From NCBI GenBank assembly GCA_010909165.1, contig VJWM01000044.1, positions 2,344,776-2,408,775 on the forward strand: 64,000 nt of DNA, given 5' to 3'. Made by a program: the position numbers and the translations under genes. The notes beneath the pieces are model-generated. The model did no database searches, was not told the DNA's origin, and worked only from the letters and a program-made list of their open reading frames with translations. Of this stretch, positions 1-8,808 are shown piece by piece (within the stretch, counting starts at the first letter, position 1; each line of letters opens with the position of its first letter). This DNA comes from Anthoceros angustus (taxonomy: Eukaryota > Plantae > Anthocerotophyta).

Positions 1-540
1 TCGTCTGTGCTCGAGCGAGCTCATCTTGCTGGCCAAGGCTCAGTCTTCGCATTGTGGCAGGCTGTGTGCTTCAATCCCTTCTCCGTTCTGACAGTGGAAG
101 ATCTTTCTAGACCTCCGGCCTCATGGACAGGGGAGTTCTGGGACTGCGGCACCGGGCCGGCAGATTCTTATTCGTGGCCTCACAGCGGTTCCCAGGTTCA
201 GTTGCGGATGCGGGAGAACCTGAAGAAGTACAGCGGGAACTACTTGGTGCTGCTCTTGGTCATCTTCCTCATCTTGCTTTACAAGATCCCTATCGCGATT
301 TTAGGGCTGTTGGCCATCGTTGGAGTGCTGGACGGAATCAGGGTGTATGCTGCATCTCGGGGACTGACCGGGAGGAGTAAACGGATGATGGCCCTGTCGT
401 TGGTTGGTCAGGCTACGGCGTGGGTGTTGTTGGTGTACACCAAGATTGGGTACGTAGTTTTTTGGACAGGGTTGCTTGGTTTCGTGGTGTTCGTCCTTCA
501 TGCTTCTACACGACGGCTTACATCCACCCTGAAGGACTGA
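1..540 (+). CDS. PRA1.H: Prenylated Rab acceptor PRA1 family protein, H-type (5' end outside window)
   Basis: Open frame from base 1 to TGA at 540; NPFSVLTVEDLS...SYSWP...RMRENLKKYSGNY followed by two long hydrophobic segments and LHASTRRLT, matching the PRA1.H pattern. Confidence 0.85.
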   Translation, partial: SSVLERAHLAGQGSVFALWQAVCFNPFSVLTVEDLSRPPASWTGEFWDCGTGPADSYSWPHSGSQVQLRMRENLKKYSGNYLVLLLVIFLILLYKIPIAILGLLAIVGVLDGIRVYAASRGLTGRSKRMMALSLVGQATAWVLLVYTKIGYVVFWTGLLGFVVFVLHASTRRLTSTLKD

Positions 541-1534
541 GTCGGGAGGGTCTTCCCCGGAGTTGCCGGATCGGCAAGGAGCAAGGCGTCATCCCCTGCA
601 AGTACGTGTTTGACAAACCTGGTGGTCGTTCTGTCCTCCTGAAGTGCCGTGGCTTATTTCGTCAAGGGACTTGGTGGTTGCAGACAGGTGGGGGAACATA
701 CTCTTCGGGTTCGTCCACAACCAGTGGCTTGAACATGGGGAGGAGCATGGATGCGCAAATGTGCTTCATGGTTCTGTGGGTGCATCTGTAGTCTGCTAGA
801 ATTTGGATCAGCGCACTCACATCCGGATTCTCCCTCTTTTACTTTTCGCTCCCACGGATTGTAGAGCGCCCAGCATTATGGAGCTGCCGCAGGGATCTGG
901 AACACATGATCTGATTGTAAGGGCATACCGGATGAAAATAAGGTCTGTGAACTCCCAGATGATTAGGGATCGCAGATCGATGAGATTCAGCATGTCCTGG
1001 AGTTCCAGGAGTGTGACCCGCTCAAGAATATTTGGAATTGTGGGAGGATTTGTTCTTTTATCAAAGTGCATTTCTACTTTGGTACAGAAACAACAGCACA
1101 TCGCATGAAGTGATGAATTGTCGCAAAAGAGGTGGGAGGAGGGCTCTCATCAAACCTGGCTTGGTTTTGGAATCGAAGTCTGTCGTACCAGGCTACTGGA
1201 TTCATGCTCTATTACCTCAAAATCCACAGTGAAGGTGAAGAAACGTGAAGGTGAAGTGGAAATCTAAAGGTGAAGGGGAAATGCGAAGGGAGTGGAATGG
1301 GTATGAAGGGGAATGCAGGAGGGGCACTTTTCTCCCTAGGACCAGCAAGTGAGTGCTCTCTCTTGAAGGAGCGGTTATCCCCGCAGAGGGCAATTTTAGA
1401 TCCGTTGTTCACCAAGCCGACTCCTCATATCATTCTGACAACAGTACCTAGTCGTCCCTCAACCTGGTTTCCGGTATATGAGATTATACCTTTTTTGTAA
1501 ACAAAATATTTTTCACGTGAAGCTCTTGTTTCAC

Positions 1535-3102
1535 CTAGTTGAGGAGTCGTGGTTCTGCTTGCGATGCTAGTTCTTTGGCCACCGAACTTGCTGAAAGATA
1601 GTCAGACAGCTTTTCACGTGCTTCGCCTTTCTTGAAGTCTTGAGCAGGTCGAGCCTGTTCAGCCTCCTGAGCCTGCTACATTGTTGCCGGCTCAGAATGG
1701 GTTCGGATTTCTCCGCAAATCTCAGTAATATAAACCGGGGCAGATCCTCACCTCCTGTAGTCGAGTTCGAGAACGTTGCAAGATCTCCTCAAAGCTCTTG
1801 TGCAGGAGCTGGGACTTCAATTGGAACAGGGACTGAACTGCAAGGTGAAGACTTCCAGATTGAGAGACAAGGAAATAAATCTGGAAACTGATGCTTGGAC
1901 GTTGTTTCCTCACCATGTCAGAGTTTCTAACCTGCATCCTGACCCAGGGACTTATCAATATTGAAGTTCAAACCAGAGTCTGTCAAGAAGCTTGCTGTTG
2001 GGGGATGACCAGGTGCCGAATCCATCAGTGGATCGTCAGACAGTGTCCTTTCTAACTCTTCCATAAAAGTCTCATCAGCTGCAAGAACCGGATACTCGTA
2101 TTTAGCCTCCGGACCTCCGTCAGAGTCCTCACCTCCAAGATCGGGATCGGACGGGCTGGGGTATACAAGCCATGGCTCAGTAGGAAGCAGTGGGAAGGTC
2201 ATTGCGGACCCCAACCAAAGAGGGAGCTATCCTACCTCATCTTGGCAAACCGTTTCGAGTTTCCAACAGGAACTCCATCCACCTCTTTCAAGTCTGGAAG
2301 GCACTCAATCAGGGCGTCGAGGAGTGCATCCTGAACTCCCCAACAGGGATTATGAGCCACATTCAAAAATCTCAACGCCTTGGGAAGCTCCTCATCTGTA
2401 AGGTATTGAGGCATGGTGGGGGCATCATCAGAAAGGCAACCAGCACGGTCCAGTTCAGGTGACCCTGGATCGGGTCTGTGGAATACTTGCCTACGGCCAA
2501 ATGCTCAATCGCGTTGTCGGAAACGTCCAAAAACATGAGGTCCCGCAAGGCTCTCAGGCCCTCAATTGAACTAAGCTGATTCCCAGCAACCGTCAGGAAC
2601 CGTAATTGCTTGGCCGCCTCAATCCCCCTCAAGCTCTTGAGCTGGTTCTGCAGGCCACAGCCTATCAACCAGGTGAGCTACAAATGCAACTCCGCCGTGC
2701 CGCAAAACAGACATTCCGGAGCCGGAGCGAGATATTCGAAGTAACCTGCTGCAAGTACAGGCTGGATAGGCGAGGAAGGAAAACAAACACTGCCGGCTCC
2801 AAAGCAACAATGCATTCCCTGTCTAGCCTAACTTGCGACAGCTGCTGTAAAGCCTTGTCTCTGAAGAAGCAGCACATAAATCACAAGCATGCCCGTGGTG
2901 CATGCCAGGAGGCACAACCCCACATCCAGCACGAGCCTCCACCACATGCCAACAATGAGCACCAAGTGCACACGACCAGCACGAAGACAGACCTCTCAGC
3001 ACTGTCAGCCCCGTGAGCCAGGGACTCGGGAAGATTGCGCGACGCCACCTTAGCCTTCCAGAGCTCCAATGCCGCCTCTTCCACTGCCTCGGACTCTGCC
3101 AT
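1535..3102 (-). CDS. LRRC46: Leucine-rich repeat protein, LRRC46-like (ciliary/flagellar), multi-exon
   Basis: Spliced exons give RLSSLYLQQ-NQLKSLRGIEAAKQLRFLTVAGNQLSSIEGLRALRDLMFLDVSDNAIEHLAV-DEELPKALRFLNVAHNPC...LPDLKEVDGVPV (LRR stack plus LRRcap), then acidic and coiled-coil C-terminus; ATG at 3102, last exon QAQEAEQ...RLLN* with stop at 1535-1537. Some internal junctions approximate. Confidence 0.75.
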
Positions 3103-3353
3103 TCCGCAACCTTCTACACCCAAGACGCACACCCTCGCAACATCCTCTACCGCACCAGACCCATCACCACAGAACTGGGCTCTGGACTGCCCATCTCCGC
3201 AATGTACAAAGGGCGGGGCCCGAGCACGCGATGCGCGCAAGATCCCGACATGCGGTTGGAGTTGGCATGCCCGATGGTTCGCCACCAGCGACCGGCACGA
3301 TTCGCTCTAGCTTTCCTCCCTGGCCCAAAAACGCAGGCCGCACGACTCGGCTA

Positions 3354-5261
3354 ATGGCGCTAGCGGGGAACTCTCCCTCCCTGCTCTGCGCTGCAGCTTC
3401 ACCTTCCGCTCCTGAATCCCATGCCTGCCCCCATTCCTCCCCTTCTTCCTCCCCAGGGCTGTACCCCGCGCAGAGCTCGTCCAGATCGTGCTTCGCGGGG
3501 GAGAGCTCGGGGAGGGTGCCCCTAGCCACCGGGTTCGCGCGCAACGAGCGCGGGCGGGAGGCGGTTGCAAGGCTAGGTTTTGGGGAGAGCGCAGGCGGGG
3601 GGAGGAGAATTCCAAGGGCTGGGGTGGGGAGGACTAAGGCGAGGGCGGCCATGGGGGTGGCGGAGGAGTCCGGCTTGGTGAATCCTCGGGAGGCATTCAA
3701 CAGCCTGAAAGTGAAGCTCAAGGAGATCGACGCATTGGAGGGGGTGAGCAATCTCCTGACATGGGACCAGGAGGTGTTCCTCCCGGCCAAAGGAGCCGAG
3801 GCCCGGGGGCTGCAGCAGGCAGCCGTGGCCAAGGCCCTGCATTCGCAGAGGATGGATCCCGAGATCGGGGACCTGCTGGAGGCGCTGCGGAAGGCCGGGG
3901 ATTTGCAGGAGCAGGGGTTCTCGGCTTCCGAGGCTGCGGCGGTGAGGGAGGCGGCCCGGGACTATCACATTGCGGGGAGGATGCCTGCAGCTCTGGAGGA
4001 GCGGATTGCGGTGCTCAAGTGCCGGGGGGTGGAGGCCTGGAAGCAGGCCAGGAAGCTAGGGCAGTTCAGCCTGTTCGCCCCCGTGCTGGAGGAGTGGGTG
4101 GAGATCGTGAAGGAGGAGGCTGCTGCTGTGGCTCCCCCGGGGATGGATGTGTATGACTACTGCCTGGACAAGTTCGAGCGGGGGCTGACGAGGGAGAAGT
4201 TGGACAGTCTGTTCGGGGCCATCAAGGGGCCGCTGGTGTCGTTGATCCGGAGGATATCGGAGACGTCGTCCAGGCCGGACAGGAAGTTCCTGGAGTCGAA
4301 TGACTTGTTCAACGGGAGGTTCTCGTTGGAGACGCAACGACGGCTGTCCAGGAGGCTTGTGGAGGAGATCGGGTTTGACTGGGAGAGGGGGCGGCTGGAC
4401 GAGGGAGCACATCCCATGACCGTCTTCATCGCCAGCCCTGTGGATGTGAGGCTCACCACAAGGTACAGCGAGACTGACCTGGCTCCGGCTATACGATCCT
4501 CGCTGCACGAAGCTGGGCATGGGCTGTACGAGCAAGGGCGAGATCTGGTGGCATGTCGGGAAGGGCTGCCTGTGTCTAGGGCACCAGGGATGGGGCTCCA
4601 TGAGAGCCAGTCTCTGCTGTGGGAGAGGATGGTGGGGATGAGCGAGGAATTCTGGGACCACTACTGGCCTGCTGTTCTCAGAAGCTTCTCTTCACTGCCC
4701 TCCAGCGAGCCCAAGCAGTTCTACAGAGTCATCAACGAGGTCCATCCGGGCTTGATCAGAGTGGAAGCTGATGAGATCTCGTACCCTCTGCACGTCTTGC
4801 TGCGGTATGAGATAGAGAAGGGGTTGCTGGACGGCAGCCTGGCCGTGGCAGACATCCCCCAGGTATGGAGCCAAAAGCTGGAAGAGTATCTGGGGATCAC
4901 TCCCAGCAATGACTCAGAGGGCTGCCTCCAGGACGTGCACTGGGGAATCGGACTGCTGGGCTACTTCCCTACCTACACCATCGGAGCTGTGTACGCATCT
5001 CAGCTCTTCGAGGCAGCGGAGAGAGATATCCCGGACTTGAGGAAGAACATCGGGGAGGGGAAGTTCTTACCCCTGAGAGAATGGTTGAGGCTTCACGTTC
5101 ACTCTGTGGGTTCCTTGTATGAAACACCAGATGAGCTGGTTCAGAAAGTGACTGGCAAGCCTCTGGACCCTTCCTGTTTCCTCAGGTACCTGTCGCAAAA
5201 ATATTCGGCACTATACGGGCTGTCACCCCACCAGACTCCAGAACTTGTTTACACGTCGTAG
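3354..5261 (+). CDS. Metallocarboxypeptidase family M32 (Taq carboxypeptidase-like), intronless, with probable organellar transit peptide
   Basis: Single ORF with LLTWDQEVFLP, DVRLTTRY, HEAGH (HExxH), HESQSLLWE, IRVEADE, GCLQDVHW, GYFPTYTIG; about 100-aa Ser/Ala/Pro/Arg-rich N-terminal extension starting MALAGNS at 3354. Confidence 0.93.
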   Translation: MALAGNSPSLLCAAASPSAPESHACPHSSPSSSPGLYPAQSSSRSCFAGESSGRVPLATGFARNERGREAVARLGFGESAGGGRRIPRAGVGRTKARAAMGVAEESGLVNPREAFNSLKVKLKEIDALEGVSNLLTWDQEVFLPAKGAEARGLQQAAVAKALHSQRMDPEIGDLLEALRKAGDLQEQGFSASEAAAVREAARDYHIAGRMPAALEERIAVLKCRGVEAWKQARKLGQFSLFAPVLEEWVEIVKEEAAAVAPPGMDVYDYCLDKFERGLTREKLDSLFGAIKGPLVSLIRRISETSSRPDRKFLESNDLFNGRFSLETQRRLSRRLVEEIGFDWERGRLDEGAHPMTVFIASPVDVRLTTRYSETDLAPAIRSSLHEAGHGLYEQGRDLVACREGLPVSRAPGMGLHESQSLLWERMVGMSEEFWDHYWPAVLRSFSSLPSSEPKQFYRVINEVHPGLIRVEADEISYPLHVLLRYEIEKGLLDGSLAVADIPQVWSQKLEEYLGITPSNDSEGCLQDVHWGIGLLGYFPTYTIGAVYASQLFEAAERDIPDLRKNIGEGKFLPLREWLRLHVHSVGSLYETPDELVQKVTGKPLDPSCFLRYLSQKYSALYGLSPHQTPELVYTS

Positions 5262-5653
5262 TGAGGATGTGCCTCCTGCCCTGCTTTATGTTCAGAGAAC
5301 AAGTGTAAGAAAAATTTGAACTGCATGGATCTCCCCTTTCTTTCTTCGTGGGATAGTATCTCGAGATATCATACAACGGAGGTGAAGCAAATTTCTCCCC
5401 CGGGTTTATTTTGATTTATATTCTAAATAATAAATTTGAAAAGTAACATAAAATGACCACTCTGTGTTTCTATCTTGACCATTTGAAGACGTGATATATT
5501 TTTTATAATAATAATTAGATGTTAAAAATGTGAGATGGTATTTATTTTTTCTAGGTGATTTTATATACTCGATGATAACAAGTGATGTCATCTCCACGGT
5601 GCATTGAAGTGGCCCATTTGCATCCCTTTGACCTCGAGAGCCGCAACAAGAAC

Positions 5654-5945
5654 GGTTAGTGATTACTTAAGTGGAGATGGTGTCTCGAGCAGGGTCAGTA
5701 ACCACCATGCCTGTCACCGAAGGTTAGTGATAACCTAAGCGGAGACCTTCGGTGATAACTAAGCGGAGATGGTGTCTCGAGTAACCACCATGCCAGTCAC
5801 CGAAGGTTAGTGATAACCTAAGCGGAGATGGTGTCTCGAGCAGGGTCAATAACTACCACACCCGTCACCAAAGGTTAGTGATAACCTAAGCAAAGATGGT
5901 GTCTCGAGTAAGGTCAGTAACCACCACGCCCGTCACCATCACCGA
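5654..5945. repeat. Tandem array of about four 68-bp units
   Basis: Unit GGTTAGTGATAACCTAAGCGGAGATGGTGTCTCGAGCAGGGTCAGTAACCACCATGCCTGTCACCGAA recurs four times with variants; AT-rich flanks. Confidence 0.85.
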
Positions 5946-7233
5946 AACCTGGTCACCGCGGACAAAGTATAAGTCAATCCTGATTAAGCAACCTGTTCAA
6001 AGAATGTACCCTAGAACCTATTTTTAGTATCCTAGATCTAAATTAATATGAAGAAGTTAAGAAAACATAGTTACTATGAAACTAGAAATTTGAAAGATCA
6101 ATAGGGGCATGCCCGCTTTCCGTTCCTTCTCTTTTTTTCTCACTATATTATATTACAAGCCTTTCACAAGCCTTCGAAAGGCTTAGCTTTGGATGCCACG
6201 TTCAATTTGCTCGAGGGCAACCAGCGCCCTTTCCCACGAACACTACTAAGTACAAATATCTTTCTATACCCGTACTGGGATTAGTTCAGGAAAATCAACA
6301 AGCAAACTACTTATCTATGGTCATATGTTCCATCTATGTGCGGAACAAATCCTTCAAAGATAATAGTAATACATAGATGAATATTTGGGACATGAACAAC
6401 AAAGAAAGGAACTCGCAAGAGTATTCCGAATGTCAATCACAAGGCATCTATGAGGGTCGTGTCAAACATGAGCAACAAAAGGCATCAACAAAAGGCAAAA
6501 TAATAAGGTGGCACAATTCGAATATCAACCACATTATACGGTCGATCATAAAACAAAATAATATTTTACTTTTCAGAAAATGACTATCAAAAATTAAAAA
6601 AAACTAGTAAAATTAAAAAACTTAACTTAATTTACGCCGAAAAGTGTAACCCCTACGGTATACATGGATACACCTGGAGGTACGAGGTCAAACGAATCAG
6701 GCCGGGACACGTAAGCAGTCCAGGAATAGGGAGGCATGCGAAGGGACCTGTAAAGTAGCCTGTGCCTGTGCCTCTGTCGCTCCAACGGACGGACAAGCTC
6801 GAACAATGTCTTATATTATAGAATACGGACGACGTGTGAATCTGCAAACCGAGCAGACTAATGGCGTTCTGAACGACTCCATCTTCGAGAAAAGGTCCTT
6901 GCAAATGCCTCGACGGCAGGGTGTCTGATGCATCGTCCTCACTCCTGATCAATAGCCGTCAAACAGAATAAAACAAAAGAGCGTTCCAAGGTCCTGCAAG
7001 GGATGCTTCCCGGTGGGCCGGGGACAGGGAGAAATGGGAACCATCTGTTGTCTGTGCTGCACGGACGACCCGGTCGCAACTCGCGAAGGCATTTGTGGCC
7101 CCGCTTCTTTCTCCACTAAACGGGGTTCCCGGCTGATGGAACGGGAATCCTACTCGGCCTTGATATGCGCCCATGCTGCTCTTGTGATTGGAACAGCTTC
7201 CTGTCGCGGGGAGCTTCGGCAGAGCAGGAAGCC

Positions 7234-8808
7234 ATGGCGTCGACGCCGGTGCTGCTGGTGCTGGGGGCGCTTCTGGCCGGGCTGGGGGCCTGGCTCGCGG
7301 AGGGGGCGCCTTTGGAGGCAGATTTCTCCACCTGCCGGCCCGTCACCGTCGATGTCGAGGAGGAGTACAACTGCTGCACTCTGTTCGAGCTCATCCACCA
7401 GCCTCCCGTGGTGAAGGACTACCAGACGTACCTGAAGCAGACCAAATTTTCCAACGACAGGATCAAGGTCCGCCCCGCCGCCCACCTCGTCTCCGAGGAG
7501 TACGCCGAGAAGCTCAACCGAGCCTTCCAGCTGCTGCGAGAACTTCCCGCCGACGACCCCCGTTCCTGGATTCAGCAGTCCAATCTGCACTGCGTGTACG
7601 GCCACCCCTGGCTGCGGAACCAGAAGAACAGCACCGCGGACTACGGCATCCACAAGAACTGGCTCCTCATGCCCTTCCACCGCTGGTGGGTGGTGCAGTG
7701 TTTGCATGCTTCCGGTCTCGCATTCCGTATGGGTTGCTGCTGTTTTGGAGGGTTCGGTGATGGTGACGGTGTCGTTGTGGTGACAGGTATATGTACTTCT
7801 ACGAGAGGATTCTGGGCACGCTGGTGGGCGATTTGGACTTCGCGCTTCCCTACTGGAACTGGGACAATCAGTCCCCTGACGAGCCCCTGGCCAACTGTGT
7901 GCCGGCCATTTTCAACGACCCTGTCAAGTATCCCGCGCTCTACGATGCCGTCAGAGATCCTGGGAACACCAAGGGGAAGAGCATCATCAACCTGAGCTAC
8001 AAGACGTCCTTCGACATGCCCGTGGCAACAGGTGGGGTGGGCGGGCTCACTTCCTTCAGCTCCTTCAGGCAGGGGGTGATGCAAGTCTGTTGTGGATGGT
8101 GGGTGTTTGGGCCTGACGGTGCCTTGTTTCGGTTTGCAGATGACGAGATTCGGGAGCTGAACTCCGCGTTCCTGCACCAGATTCTGGTGCACGAGACCCG
8201 GGACGACAAGGACATCCTCTTCTCATACCCGCAGAGGGCCGGGGAGGACACCCCTTACTACGCCGGCTACTTCGAGAGCGGGCCGCACGGGGCCATCCAC
8301 TTCTGGTCCGGCGACAACAGTCTGTCGCACAAGGAAGACATGGGCTCCGCCTACACCGCGGCTCGGGACCCGGTGTTCTTCGGCCACCACGGGAATGTGG
8401 ACCGCCTTTGGGACGTGTGGAGGGTAAGAGCATCGTTATCGGTTCTGGCCGGAATCGCAGCTCGACGCTGCCGGTTTCCTCACCAGGATTCTTCCGTTCT
8501 TGCAGAGCCTAGGGCGGGAGAATTACGATGACCCCGACTGGTACAACGCCGAGTTTGTCCTCTACGACGAAATGGGAGAACTAGTGAAGGTGAAGGTGTC
8601 GGATTCGGTTGACAGCACCAAGCTTGGTTACGTCTACCAGGACGTGGGAAATGCGTGGTTGAACTACGACATGAGCAAGAACCCCAACCTGTCTCAGAGG
8701 GTGGTGAATATGATCCGCCACCAGGCCCAACAGCCCGGCCAGCCGCAGCCCAAACCACCCGGCATCAAAGAGACTGCGGACTTTGGGTTCGGCAGGGCTT
8801 TCGAATGA
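7234..8808 (+). CDS. PPO: Polyphenol oxidase / tyrosinase family, secreted type, 4 exons (7234-7685, 7787-8031, 8140-8423, 8506-8808)
   Basis: Signal peptide MASTPVLLVLGALLAGLGAWLAEG; CuA LHCVYG...IHKNWLLMPFHRWY; FALPYWNWD; CuB HGAIHFW...ARDPVFFGHHGNVDRLW; DWL-type motif DPDWYNAEFVLYDE; GT-AG introns restore the frame. Confidence 0.93.

Noticed and set aside
3069-3353. 95-aa N-terminal extension of the 730-aa M32 ORF
   Set aside because: It overlaps the LRRC46 start on the other strand and its promoter; MALAGNS at 3354 gives a coherent transit peptide.
3164-4661. Antisense and alternate-frame ORFs over the M32 gene
   Set aside because: Shadow ORFs caused by high GC and codon bias; no motifs.
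5654-5945. 68-bp and 37-bp arrays as CRISPR arrays
   Set aside because: Whole units repeat with no spacer diversity; they are ordinary minisatellites.
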